Source: Callorhinchus milii
Lineage: Eukaryota
Direction: 5' to 3'
Length of the DNA stretch: 64,000 bases
Assembly: GCF_018977255.1 (NCBI RefSeq)
Contig: NW_024704771.1
Coordinates: forward strand, 3,472,001-3,536,000
Shown here: piece by piece, positions 24,401 to 39,400 of the stretch
How positions within the stretch are numbered: position 1 is the stretch's first letter
How the letters are laid out: each line of letters begins with the position of its first letter
Translations under genes and position numbers: made by a program
Notes under the pieces: model-generated
What the model was told of the DNA's origin: nothing
What the model saw: the letters and a program-made list of their open reading frames with translations, nothing else
Databases searched by the model: none

Positions 24401-27400
24401 ATACTCCATAAGCCTATCACACCCACATTCTTGCTCGGCTCCACTGGCTCCCTATCTCCCAGCGGCTCAAGTGCACTATCCTCTTTCATAGCTCTGTGAC
24501 TTTCTAAAACCGTATCAACCCGCCTGCTCCCTCCGCTTCATGGCCTGCTTCATGTTCGTCTCCTTGCCCCGCTCTGCCTTCCCCATCTGTCTCTTTGATT
24601 GTACACTTCTTTCGCCTCCTTCAAGGTCCATTTCAAAACCTTCCTCTTTGGCTGTGTCTTTGATAATAACAATAATAGCAATAATCCTTGCATTTGATAT
24701 AGCGCTTTTCACGTCGGGAGGATGTCCCAAAGCGCTTCACAGAACACAATGTAAAGTGAATTGACTGTATATTTGTGGGCGAACGCTGCAGCCAATTGCG
24801 CACAGCAATGTCCCACAAACAGTCGTAGATTGAAAATGACCAATTTATTATTGTTTTGTTTTGGAGGGATTATTATTAGGCTCTGTGTTGAGTAAGGAAA
24901 CTTGCCCAAGGTTTCACCCTGACCTGCCTGGAATTGAACTCCATCTCGCAAAGCGAGTGCTCTAACCACTGAGCTACAGGACTCCACATAGTCATCATCC
25001 CATATCCATCTCCCCTGGCCTCCACCCCTCCTGATCAGAACCACTGGCTGAGGGGCAAACACTAGATTGTCATGGCCTTGGGATGTCTTCCCAATGTGAA
25101 AGGTGGTATATAAATGCAATAAATGCAATTTTGTGGTTGCTGCTGTCCATTTGTGTATAAAGAAATTGGTGATTTAGAAAAACACGCAGTGGTGATACAG
25201 ACATAATGGGCCTCCAGTCCCTTCAGTGTAGAGAATGTTGGTGTCTCTAGCTTGCCCTTGTTTCTTCTGGTGATGGCACGATTTATGTATTTATCAGTGA
25301 AAATCTAAATTTAACCCGTCAAAATTAAGGAGCAATTTAATTTTTTTCTTCCCAAAACGGGCTAAATGACCCCTTCCTGGTCCTGTTTACCTATGTTCCT
25401 TTACTCGTTACAGTTCTCCAACTAGCTCCAAGATGACATGTTTGGCAACGGCATGTCAAAATTGAGCCAGCGTTCTGTGGCGGTCTCCAGTTTGGTTCCT
25501 GAGCCAAGCGGTCCACAGTACTTCAGGGCACTGCTGATTACAGCAGAGCCCAGCTCATCGGCGGGACCTGGAAGGACAGGGAATCTAACCACTCAGCTCC
25601 TGTTAATCCTGCAAGCTAAAGCGCTAACAGGTAGGGGTTCCTGGCTGAGCAAACATTGGGAAAGCTTGCCAGACAGTGATATCAGTGGTAAGCTGTGGAA
25701 TACTGCGGACTCGCCTGGCTCAGAAACTGGAATGCCGAGACCACCATAGAGAGCCGGCTTGATTCTTACATTCTGTTGCCAAACAAGTCACTCTGTAGCC
25801 AGTTCAGCTCCAAGGAGACACTGCTTACCTCCCCCCATACCCCAGGAACCCCAACCCTCTCAAGAAGGATATAATCTGACTATAGGAATTTCTCGGGAAC
25901 AAGGAAGTTTGAGTGACGTGATACCAGACTGAGCAGGAAATGAGTAGCATATCAGAAGTTCAGATTTACTTATACTAATCACAGCTGACAGTGAAATTAG
26001 ACAAGGCTAATTCACTTTACAGTAAATTCTGTGAAGCACTTTGAGATGGCTCAACGGCGAGATGAGGTGCCATATCAAATGCAAAGATTATTATTATCAT
26101 TAATAAACTAGAGCAGAAAACAATCTGTTTATTTGAGCAGACAGCGGGTGGGGGTGGGGGGGCAGCGGGGAGAAGTACAGGCTGTGTGGCATGCATTGGT
26201 ATAATGCCAGTGATCAGCAGTGACATATTTCTATTTGTATTGATTACGTATGAAGCTGAGCTTGGTTGCTTAGAGTGGGGCATATTAATGATAATCCTTG
26301 CATTTGACATATTGCCTTATCACATCATTGATATGTCTCAAAGCATTTCACAGACTATACTGTAAAGTAAGATGACTATATTTTGTGAGTGAAACATGGC
26401 AGTGAATCGCACACATCAGTGTCCCACAAACATTCATGGATTGAGTGGCTAAATTATTATTGTTATTTTACTGATTTATTTTTTGAAGGGATTATGACTC
26501 CCGGAAAATGATCTGCCAATCGACAAAACACCGGGTGCCTCCTTACTGCTGGGTGAACAGATGAACGCTGAAAGCATGCTACCATATTCTTAACAAATGA
26601 AAGCTCTATCTCTACCTATATGAATAAGAAATCAGACTGTTATCAAACCTACCATTGAGAATGAGGAAATATGAGCGGCTGTTCTGGCTGACATGGTTTT
26701 TGACCATGCATGTGTACCAACCACATTCCCCCAGTTTTGGGTTAGTAATAAGCAGCAAGCTCTTGTCAGATTCTTGACTTTGAAGCAAAGAAGTGTCGTT
26801 TTCAATTCCTCTAAACCAGTGTGTTTCATGGGGGATAGCCTCTTTCACAAGACAGGCTAACAAAACGCTAGTGATTACGTAGAGGGGATCTTGAACTACC
26901 AGTGGTACTGGCAATCTGTCTGTTAGAAAAAATGAAGTCACATACAGTTGGCATTATTTTGCAGGTGATCTGTAGACAGCATTGTGGTGACTAATCCTGT
27001 CACCTAACACCAGGAGGGAGTTAATATTATCAAAAAATTAACTTATTATTGACACCAAGTTGACACATCCAATCTAAGGTTAGCTGCTACTAAATTTTCT
27101 ACCTCAGTAATTCACAATTTATAATAATAATAATCTTTGCATTTGATACAGCATTGAGATGGCTCAAAGCGCTTCACAGAATATATTGTAAAATATAGTG
27201 TCTGTGTATTTTGTGGGCAAAATGCAGCAGCCAATTGGGCACAGCAATGTCTCACGAACAGTTGTGGATTCTTGACAACTTCCAGATTGTCTGAACAGTA
27301 TGGCGAGCACTGGTATTACTTTGCACTGCTGACTAATCACATAACTCAGATGCTTACTACTTATCACTTACTCAAATGACCAACTACATGCATCATGCCC

Positions 27401-30400
27401 ATTCATTAGTATAAGTTTCACGCATTAAATAATACTTATATCACCTTAGCACGCCAAAATCTCAAAGCTTTTCACAGTGAATTGCACTGAGGTATTAGTG
27501 ACAGTTATTATGTAGACAACACAGAGATGAAATATAATAGCAATCCTTGCATTTGATATAACATGTCATTGAAGCGTCCCAAAGTGCTTCACAGAGTATA
27601 CTGTAAAGTGGAGAGACTGTGTGTTTTGTGGGTGAAATGTGGCAAACAGTTGCACATAGCAACATTCAACAAACAGTCGTGGATTGAGTTTTTTTGAGGG
27701 ATTATTACCCCCGAATAGTGATCCGCCAATTGATTAATAACCGGGTTCCTATTTTCTTGCAAGGTGAGTGCTCTAACCACTATGCGACAGGACTCCATAC
27801 CATAATAAAATGTGCAGAATAATGCTGTAATGTTTGAGACGTGAAACACATAGAGCCATAGAAGTATACAGCCCAGAAGGAGGCCATTTGGCCCATCGTG
27901 TCTGTGTGGCTCTTTGAAAAAAGATATCCAAATCAATCCCAGTCCCGTGCTCTCTCTCTCCCCATTGTCCTCCCCAAATAATTATCTACTTCTCTCTTAA
28001 AAGTTGTTACCGAATTGGCTTCCACCACCCTTTTAGGCAATGCATTCCAGATCCAAACAATTCGCTGTGTAAAAAAATCTCCTCACCTCCCCTCTGTTTC
28101 TTTTAACAACTATTTTAAATCAGCGTCCTCGGGTTCACCCATCCACCAGTGGAAATAGTTTCTCCTTGTTCAGCCTATCGAATCCCTCATAAGTTTAAAA
28201 ACTTCTATCAAGTCTCCTCTTAACCTTCTCTGCTCCAAGGAGAATAACCCAAGCTTCTCCAGCCTCTCCTGATAACTGAAGTCCCTCATTCCTGATATCA
28301 TCCCGGTAAATCTCCTTTGGACCCTGTCTAATGCCTTGACATCCTTCCTAAAGCGTGGTGCCCAAAACTGATGACCGTACTCTAGTCAACCAGCAGCGCT
28401 TTCTTCCACCCCCACCACATTGCTCGTCTCCGACAATACCTCACCCAAAAAGCTGCCAAAACCCTTGTCCATGGGCTTTGTCACCTCTCGGCTGGACTAT
28501 CTCCAATGCCCTCCTTGCCAGTCTCCCCTCCTCCACCATTCACAAAATCCAGCTCACTCAAAACTCCGACTCCCACATTCTCACCTGCACCAAACTTTGT
28601 ACTCCGATTACTCCAGTCCTTGCCAAACTTCGCTGGCTCCCTGTCATACAGTGGATCGACTACAAGATCCTCACTCTGGTGGTGTTCAAATCCCTCCATT
28701 CCTTGGCATCCCCCTAACTCTCTAACCTCCTCTCTCCCCACAGCAATACCCACTGACTTCACTCTACTGGGTCCGGCCTCCTCTGAACCCTCTGCTCCAC
28801 CATAGGCAGCCATACCTTCAGCCACTATGTCCCAAAACTTTGGAACTCCCTCCTTCAACCTATTTGCCTCGCTCCCTCCTTCCCCATCTTCAGGTCACTC
28901 CTGAAGACCTTTTCTGTAGGATCACCTTCCCCCTCCCCCTGGCTCGGCCACTGTGAAGCTCCGAGACGCCGCCCGGCGGGGAGGGTGCTATATAAGTGCA
29001 AGTTGTTGTTGTAACTGAGGCCTATCCAGTGTTTTATAAAGTTTCATCATAACCTCCTGATTTTTGTTTTCTCTGCCCCTATTTATAAAGCCTACTATCC
29101 CACATGCTTTTTAACAACTTTATCTGCCTGTCCTACCACCTTCAAACATTTACTTATATGAACCCCCAGGTCTCTCTGTTCCTTCACCCCCTTTAAGATT
29201 GTACCATCAGCTTATATTGCCTCTCCTCGTTCTTCCTCCAAAAATGCATCACTTCGCATTTCTCCACATTAAACTTCATCTGCCACCTGTCTGCCCATTT
29301 TACCAGTCAGTCTATGTCCATTTGTAGTCTGCTACTATGCTCCTCACTGTTTACTACTTTTCCTGGCTTAGTATCATCTGCAAACTTGGAAATTGTACTC
29401 CCTATACTCAAGTCCAAGTCATCTGTATTCATCAAAAACAGCAGTGGTCCCAATACTGACCCCGCGGGGACAATACTGCACACTTCCCTCCAGTCAGGAA
29501 AACCTTCACCACCATTCTCTGCCCTCTGTCTCCCAGTCTGTTCTGTGTCCATGCTACCACTATTTCTTTAATACCGTGGGCTTCTATTTTGCTTACAAGT
29601 CTTTTATGTGGCACTTTATCAAATGCCTTTTGAAAATCCATATAAACTACATCAACTGCACTACCTTCATCCACCCTCTCCGTTATTTCATCAAAAAACT
29701 TAAGACATGATTTCCCTTTAACAAACCCATGCTGGCTGTCATTTAATTAACCCATATTTTTCGAAGTGAAAGTTTATTTTAACTTGGATTATAGTCTCTA
29801 CAAGTTTCCCCATGTTAGGATGAGTGGCCTGTAGTACCCACATTTATCCTTCTGCCGTTTTTGAACAGGGGAGTAACATTTGCAACCTTCCAGTCCTCTG
29901 GCACCACCCTGGTGTCCAAGAAGGATTGACATGCCACCTCTTTTTGTGGGGAAAACATTTCTAATGCTTAGAGATAAACATAATCAAGCATTGTAATCAA
30001 CTTGGTGGAAATAAACCAGTGTTCTCCACTGCTCTTTAGATTGAACATTGCACATCACACCAGTAGCACACTTACCTTCAACTATCAACTTCATGTAGGA
30101 TTCATATTGATGTGTAGATTGGGCCTGAGATTTGTCTAGTACTGACCGTTCCAATATTCTAAGATAAAAGCCACTGTCACTTTTTTCTAAGTCCATCAGT
30201 CGAAGAGATCCATCAGTTACATTAAAAAATATTCGGTGTCTGTAATAGTGATTGACAGAAGATCTACCTTTCATAATGTGAAATCCCCCAACAGTTACTT
30301 CAGCTTCGCGGTATAAAAACTTCCATTCGATTGATTCATTAAGTGTCAAATATCCAGGACTGAACCCAGGGAGTAAAACCGAGGTGTGTGCAGCACGGTA

Positions 30401-33400
30401 GAGGGTTCCTTTAAACCCAAGTTTAGGATCTGAAAAGAAGTGCATTGAATTAAACACAAAAAAATTACAAATTACTAGCCACATATTGAGCTGTAAAAAA
30501 AATCCAACATAATAACACTTAATGTTCAGTGCGGGTAGTGGAACGGAAGGCGTATACGCAAAACTAGGAAGAGATGTTGGCGATTAGGAGACTTCAGGGA
30601 TTAGCACCTCCCTACCTTTCCAACCTGCTTACTCCCCCAACCACTACCCATTGCCTCCAATCGACTGGCTCCACCTCCTGCTTGTCCTTCTTGCCCTCCA
30701 CCATCATTGGCCATGCTTTCAGCCATAATAATAATAAACATGTCTGGGAATATGGCAGGGCAACTGAGACCTGTTGCGTGCATGTGTGCCATGTGGGAAC
30801 TCCAGAATCCTTTGTTTGCCCTAGACAGACACGTATGTAGCAAATGCCTCCGCTGTCAAGCTTGAGCTCAGAGTTCCTGAAGAGTTCATGGGTCGAACAT
30901 TTCAGGATGTGGTCACCCCATAGCCATAGAGGGTTCAGAAGGAGAGTGAGTGGGTGACCACTCGGCATGGTAGGGCAGTGAAGAAATCCCGAGAGTGTGA
31001 CACTCACAAACTGGTTCTTTGTACTGAATATCGGTCAGGGTGATGACACCTCTGGGGAGGGAAATCAAAAGCAAATGGATGGATAGGGCACGCAGAGAAG
31101 CGTATCAATGCAATTGTCATTGGGGACACAATGGTGAAAGGAGTAGACAGGTATTTCTGCACCAAAGACGAGACTCTCGCATGGTACAGTGCCAGGATTG
31201 AAGACATCATCGAACCGGTGCAAAACAACAAGATTTTATTTATAGAGCACCTTTCACGTCGGGAGGCCGTCCCAAGGCGCTGGATAGTTGGGTTGGGACC
31301 CGAGCAGGGGGCGAATGGTCAGGGTGAGGGGAGAGAAGGGAGGGAGCGAGTAGGGGTAGCAGTCGAGAGGGGAGCTGAAGGCATGGTTGAAGAGAAAGTT
31401 CTTGAGACCGGCCTTGAAGGAGGAAAGGGAGGAAGCGGCGAAGGCACTCGGGGATGGAGTTCCAGAGCCTCGGGGCTGAGAGGCTGAAGGCCCGGCCACC
31501 GATGGTAGGGCGGTTGGGGCGGGGGATGTGAAGCAGACCGGAGCCAGAGGAACGGAGGGTACGTGCAGGTACGTAGGGGGATAGTAGGTTGGAGAGGTAG
31601 GAGGGAGCGAGGCCGTGAATGGCCTTGTAGGTGAGGATGAGGATCTTGAATTCGAAAACATTCTAGAGGGGGAAAGGGAACATCAGAAGTCGTGGTCCAT
31701 TGTTGGGATCTACGACATAGGGAACAAAAGCACAGAGATCCTACAGAGACAGTATCAGAAGCTAGGGAAAAAGCTAGAGTAGGACCTCAAAGATGGCGAT
31801 CTCTGGATTACTCCCAGTGCCTCATGTAAGTGAGTATCAAAACAGTAGGATCAAACGCATGAATACATGGCTTGTGAAATGGTGCAGAGAAGAGGGCTTC
31901 GGGTTCCTGAATCATTGGGACCAGTTCTGGAGCAGGTGGGACCTGTACAGGTGGATGGGTTACACCTGAACAGGGCTGGGACCAATGTCCTCACCCTATA
32001 GCCACAGAGGTGGAGGTGAGTGGGTGACCACTCGGCATGATAGGAAGAGGGGACGGGTAGTGCAGAATTCCCCAAAGAGTGTGGCACTAGTATTGTGGGG
32101 AAGGGTTTAAACTAATTTTGACGGGGGAAGGGAAGCAGGATGTTGCATTAGAGAGGACAAACAAGTTGCATGGAGGGCTGGGAGAGACGGATAGCAATGT
32201 AATAAGGAGTAATCCAGAAAAAGGAGGATTAAATGGGGGAGAAATGCAGAACAGACTAAGTTGGTCTTGGAGTGCATGTGTGTAAATGCAAGGAGTGTGA
32301 CAAATAAGATTGGTGAGCTGCAGGCTCAAGTTGCCACATGGGATTATGATGTCGTGGCAATAACGGAGACCTGTCTCAAACAAGGGCCCGAATGGGAGCT
32401 GAATATTCCTGGCTATAATATATTTAAGGAGGGATAGGGAATGAAAAAACGGAGGGGAGGCAATATTGATTAAAGACATGGTTACGTCCCTGGAACAACA
32501 ACAACTTGGATTTATATAGTGCCCTCCGCACCGGACGGCGTCTCAGAGTGCATCACAGCAACGGATCCCAGGACCGAGCCAGGAGGAGGGGGAGGAAGGT
32601 GACCAAAGGCGTGGTCGAAAAGAGATTGCATGAGAAGATTAGCAGGTAACAGAAAAGGGAACCCTAAGGTATTTTATAAGTATATAAAGAATAAAAGGTT
32701 AGTCAAAGGTAGATGCTATCCCCTATGAAACACACTGGTTTAGAGGAACTGAGGAAAAGACAAAATCTTTTTTTTTGGAGGGAGAGGACATGGCTGAGGT
32801 ACTGAATGAGTACTTTACATCTGTCTTCATAAAAGAAGAGGATGCAGCCAGTGCCAAAGTATTGCAGGAGAGGATAGAGAAATTGGATAAGATAAGAATA
32901 AACCAGGAGGAGGTATTAAAAAGGTTAGCGGTGCTCAAGGTAGATAAGTCACCCAGTCCAGACAGGATGCATCCTAGGTAACTGAGGGAAATAAGAGTGG
33001 AAGTAACGGAGGCTCTGGCCACAATCTTTCAATCCTCCTTGGATACCGGAGTGGTGTCAGAGTACTGGAGGGTTGCCAGTGTTGCTCCCCTATACAAAAA
33101 GGGGCAGAAGTATAAACCCGGGAACTACAGGCCAGTCAGCCTAAGGTCAGTAGTTGGGAAACTTCTAGATACTATAATCCAGGACAAAATACATTATAAC
33201 TTAGAAAAGTTTGGGGTAATAAAGGACAGTCAACACAAATTTATTAAAGGCAAATCATGTCTAACAAACCTGATAGATTTTTTGATGAAGTAACGGAGAG
33301 GGTGGATGAAGGTAGTGCAGTTGATGTAGTTTATATGGATTTTCAAAAGGCGTTTGATAAAGTGCCACATAAGAGACTTGTAAGCAAAATAGAAGCCTAT

Positions 33401-36400
33401 GATATTAAAGAGATAGTGGCAGCGGATACAGAACAGACTGCGAGACAGAAGGCAGAGAGTGGTGGTGAACGGTTGTTTTCCTGACTGGAGGGAAGTGTGC
33501 AGTGGTGTCCTCCTGGGGTCAGTGTTGAGACCTCTGCTCTTTTTGATCTACATAAATGACCTGGACTTGGGTATAGGGAGTACAATTTCCAAGTTTGCAG
33601 ATGATACTAATCTAGGAATCTAGGAAAAGTAGTAAACAGTGAAGAGCATAGTAGCAGACTACAAATGGACATAGACAGACTGGTAAAATGGGCAGACATG
33701 TGGCAGATGAAGTTTAATATGGAAAAATGCTAAGTGATGCATTTTGGAAGGAAGAATGAGGAGATGCATTATAAGCTGATGGTACAATCTTAAAGGGGGT
33801 GAAGGAACAGAGAGACCTGGGGGTTCATATAAGTAAATGTTTGAAGGTGGCAGGACAGATAGATAAACCTGTTAAAAAGCATACGATACTAGGCTTTATA
33901 AATAGGGGCATTGAATACAAAAGTCAAGAAGTTATTATAAACCTTTATAAAACACTGGTTAGGACTCAGCGAGAGACTGTGTTCAGTTCTGGTCACCACA
34001 CTTTAGGAAGGATGTCAAGTCTTTGGAGACGGTGCAAAGGAGATTTACCAGAATGGTACCAGGAATGAGGAACTTCAGTTAACAGAAGAGGCTGGAGAAG
34101 CTTGGATTATTTGCTTGGAGCAGAGAACATTGAGAAGACTTAACAGAATTAAGAGGGGATTCGATAGGATGAACAAGGAGAATCTATTTCCACTGGCGGG
34201 TGGGTCGGAAAGTCGAGGGCACTGATTTAAAATAGTTGTTAAAAGAAACAGAGTGGGGGGGTGAGGAGAAATGTTTTCACACTGCGAGTTGTTCAGGAAT
34301 GCATTGCCTGAAAGACTGGTGGAAACCAATTCGATAACAACATTTAAGAGAGAAGCAGATAATTATTTGGGGAGCACAAGTTTGCAGAGCTATGGGGAGA
34401 GAGTGCTGGAGGTGGATTGAATTGGAAAGTTCTTTTCAAAAAGCTGGCACAGACACAATGGGCCGATTGGCCTCCTTCTGTGCTGTATAATTCTATAATT
34501 CTAGGTAAACAGAGGTGGTGGGGGGGTGAGGGAAACTTGTCTTATGTTCTGCCATGCCTGGGAATGAAACCTGGATCCTCTCGCTTGTGACTCGAATGTG
34601 CTAACCATTGCGATACAGGACTCCACTTCACCAACATGCTCCAAATGCACGACACTAAGGCCACTTGAGACAAAAAGCCATAGCGACACATAGCACAACC
34701 TGAGATTGGATGTACTACATTGGTCATTTCTGCTGCCCACCAGACAGCACAAGAGGCAGCTTAAGCTGCAAACATGCTGAAAAGAGGCTTACAAGGTAGT
34801 GGATAATATAGTAGATGTGGTTGAGATATCCTCTCGCCAATGCAAATGACAGGTGATGGACAGATATGGATTAAGTGACCAAATTTGTTTTTTGGAAGAG
34901 ATTATTATCCCCAGCAAAGCAATCTGCCAATCGACTAACAGCCTATTTCCTGCTAGGTAAACAGAGGGAAATGGAGTAATGAGACTTGCCTAACGTTTTG
35001 CCCCTTTTCGCAAATAATATATTCTTTAGTCAAGCCAACTGATTGTTTATATTCAAGCTACATTAGCACAATCTTACAGAAGGAATCGAACCCGGATCCT
35101 CTTGCTTGTGAGGCGAGTGCTGTAACTACTAGCCTGCAGGACTCTACATTGTATAGTATTCATTAACAAGTTATTTGCAATGACACACACACACCAGAGA
35201 CAATCAATATATATTTGCTGAGACAGACATCCACAAATAGACATACATTAAGCTGTGCATGCAATACATAATGAACAGGTGATAATGTAGCAAGGGTGAT
35301 ACCTGTGTCTCCCAGGTTTAGGGTGGTGCATTGCGAAAGGCTATGTTCAGGCGAGGTTGAGAATTTACAGCAATACGCCCCCTCGTCCTCTCTCCCTGGA
35401 TTTATTACTTGAAGGCTGACATTAGTCAAGGAATGGTTTGTGAATTGGACCCGCAGGCCAGGTATACTGGTATAAGAGATACGATTTTGCTGGTCATATG
35501 CAACGATCTGTTGGTTTACTTTGACTGATCTTTCCCAGGATACTTGAATCACAGGAACATCTCGTTGCACAGAACAGTGCAATCTCCAATCTTCTTCAGT
35601 TTGGATATCCATGTGAACACCCTCTGCGGGCTTGCCTGGTGATGAGAAGACAAACAGTGAGGCTGGGTAGGCTTAAACATGCAATAATATGTAGACCGAA
35701 TACGTGTTCAGCCACCCTCCCAACCCTACCCTCCACCCCTCCTGATCCTGATAACAACCTCCAGCTCGGGTCCAAATTTCTAACTGTCCAGCGCCTTGGG
35801 ATGTCCTCCCAGAGTGGAAGGCGCTGTTCAACTGTAATTTCTTGTTGTTGTTGTTGTGGCAGACATTGTGGTGCTCGATACATGGACAAATAGGAAACAT
35901 AGGAACAGGAGGCCATTCAGCCCCTTAAGCCTGTTCCACCATTTTATAAATAATAAATAATTTCTCCACATAGAAATAATAGAATAATAAAAATAATAAG
36001 GTAAATAATAGTAATAATAAGGTAAATAATAATAACAACAATAATAAGGTACACCCACTCTACCAGACTCAGTCCTTCTACACACTCTCTGTAATTCTGA
36101 GTCTCAATCCCACACTCTCCCAATCTCTGTACTTGCACTCCCTTTCTGAAAGTGTGGATAATATATTTAATTAGATGAACAGAAAGCAGAATTTATCCTG
36201 CTTAAACCAAATTCCAGAAAGTATTAGGCCCAGGTTGACAAGAGTCAAGGCTTGGGGACCCCAGAGTGTGCATTGAGGTAACTCCTGGAGTCTAACCAGC
36301 TAAAACTGCATAGCTTGCCATTGATACCACTGTGTGGCAAGCTTTCCCACTGCTTGTCCAGCTAGGACCAGCCTATCCTGTTAGGACTTTGGTTTGACAT

Positions 36401-39400
36401 GAGCTGAGTGGGAGGATTCCCTGACCCCAGTGCCTCCAGTATATAACCCATATACACTTGGGCATCATGTTAAACTAGAACAATATCTTACTCTGACCTT
36501 TTCTCTTGGAACGAGACTTCTGATTATTTTGATCTATAACAAATTCGTAGTTTTCATTCTTAGAATTAAGTTCTGAATATCCTGTAAGAAAAATATTAGT
36601 TAGTTTTAAGATGATATAAATAAATTGGCCTTACAATAAGAACATAAAAATTGCTAGATGAAAGAAGACTAAAGTCCATCTAGTTCACCTTCCACCATCC
36701 TGGCGGTCGCATGCACATGTGATGGCCCAAACTATATGCTATATCCCAAGATATTATTTCCTAACAGAAATCTATCTAATTTGCTTTTGAAAGAATCAAC
36801 ACTTTCTGCTTCCACTGTCTTCCGAGGGTACACTGCTCACTCACTGAAACAATTTTTTCGCAGATTTGATTTGAATTTAATGCCATTAAATTTACAATAC
36901 AGCCGTTACAAATATTAGTTTCAAGAAAAGATTCTAGCTCATTCCTACTCCTGTTTCTGAAATTTACAATATGTTTTAAAATAAATCATTTGATGCTGTA
37001 ATAGAAAGCAGCAGTGAGTGGAGAGTGTTTTCCAGCCAGAACTACTTTACCACTAAATTTGGGATTTGGCTTAACAGAAACCAAGTGGAAAAAATAATAA
37101 TTTAATAATAATCCTTGCATTTGATATTGGGCCTTATCACGTTATCGAGACATCTCAAAGCACAGGATATACTGTACAGTAAATTGACTGTATTTTGTGG
37201 GTGAAACACGCAGACAATTGTCTGCAAGAAATCATCGGTTGAGATTTAAAATAAATTTGCTAATGTCTTTATATTAATCCGTTTCTAAAACTGATTGTAA
37301 GATTTGATTGAGGGATGAAAATCACAAATAAAAAACACAAGATAGGCAGGAACAATGTTTCCTTTCCTTCTAGAAGAACACAGAAAAATCATTTTAAAAT
37401 TAGAACTAAACCTGTTCAAATTAAATCCAACCAACATTCTTCAAAGAGTGTGAGACTGTGGAATGCACAACAGGAACCAAAGTCTATAGGCACACAATCA
37501 ATTTGGGATGTTTAAGAAAGTCCAAAATAGGAAGTAAGAGTATTGAGGAACATGAGAAAAAGAACTTATGTTTGAAGTAAAATGAGCTACAATCATTCGA
37601 CAGTGCTCCAATAGCCATTTCCCATCTGGTTTATAAATATGTTGTCAGACTTGAAACAGGGCTTCTCTGTATAGGAGGTGGCTATTTGTCTCATTATGCC
37701 TGCGTGACTGCTATGTATCACTATATATGTTTAAATATACTATTTTAATATATTTTTATATATTAAATATAATATTTCGCCCACAAATATACTTCACTTT
37801 ACAGTATATTCTGTGAAGCGCTTTGAGACGTCCAGAAGACGTGAAAAGCGCTATATCAAATGCAAGGATTATTATTATTACTATGTATACCGGTTTTATT
37901 ATTAAATCTACTTTCCGCCCCTCTCCCCATACAATTTTTTTCTTGCTTAAATGCTCTTTTCTGCTTCCACCGTCTCCCTAGGGAGCCTGTTCCATACGTT
38001 TATTACTCACTCACTGAAGTAGTGTTTTGGCAATAGTAATACATTAATAATAAATAATAAAGTTAATACAACTTGTATAAGGTTTACTGAACATGTAAAC
38101 TTGTGTATTATGTGCTGAGCTGCAGGTGTGGGTACACATCAACATACATAAGAGTATTCAAACCAGACTTATAGTTCCACCGATATTCCCATGTCTGTAA
38201 TGGGATGCACATCCTGCTCACTAAGTCTAGAAAATATTAGGCTCAGGTTGGCAAGAGGACTTGGGGAGCCCGGAGTGTGCGTTGGGGTAACTGCTGGGTC
38301 TAACCCGCTAAAACCTCATACCTTGATTGGAAGATTGCAAACGTAACACCAATGTTTAAGGGTGGGAGAGAAAAGATGGGGAACTACAAACCAGTTAGAC
38401 TGACGTAAGTGGTAGGGAAAATCCTTTTGTCTTTAATTAAGGATGTCGTTATGGGATTCCTGGAAGACCATAACAAGATTAGGCAGAGTCAACATGGCTT
38501 TACAAAAGGGAAGTCATGCTTAACTAATCTTTTAGAGTTTTTTGAAGAGGTATCGAGCAGGTTAGATAGGGGGGAACCAGTACATGTAGTATATTTAGAT
38601 TTTAAAAAGGCATTTGACAAAGTGCCACACAAAAGGCTATTGCACAAGGTTAAGGCCCACAGGATTAATGGGAACATATTAGCATGGATTGAAGAGTGGC
38701 TGACGGGTAGAAAACAGAGAGTAGGGATAAACGGGTCATTCTCGAATTGGCAGGATGTAACTAGTGGAGTTCCACAAGGATCAGTGCTTGGGCCTCAGCT
38801 GTTTACAATTTACATCAATGATCTGGACGAGGACACTGAATGTAATGTATCTAAATTTGCGGATGACACGAAACTCGGTGGGAGAGTAAGCTCTGAGGGT
38901 GATGCAAGAAGATTGCAACGGGATATAGGTAGGCGAGGGGAGTGGGCGAGTAGGTGGCAGATGTTGTTATGGGATTCCTGGAAGACCATAACAAGATTAG
39001 GCAGAGTCAACATGGCTTTACAAAAGGGAAGTCACGCTTAACTAATGTGGGGAAGTGTGAAGTTATTCACCTAGGGAGAAAAAATAGAAAATTATTTTCT
39101 AGAGGGGGAGAGATTAGATAGTGTTAGTGTTCAGAGGGATTTGGGTGTCCTTGTACACCAGTCTCAAAAAGTTAGTTTGCAGGTGCAGCAGTAACTAAGA
39201 AGGCGAATGGCATGTTAGCGTTCATTGAAAAAGGTTTAGAGTACAAGAGTAGGGAAGTCTCGCTGCAACTGTATAGGGCTTTGGTGAGACCGCACCTGGA
39301 GTATTGTGTGAAGTTTTGGTCTCCTTATTTAAAAAAGGACATACTTGCCCTCGAGGGGGTGCAGCGTAGATTCACTCGGTTAGTTCCTGGGATGAGGGGA

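Noticed and set aside
38409-39041. Functional reverse transcriptase gene (and other LINE ORFs)
   Set aside because: All CR1 and L2 copies are fragmented by stops, frameshifts or insertions.
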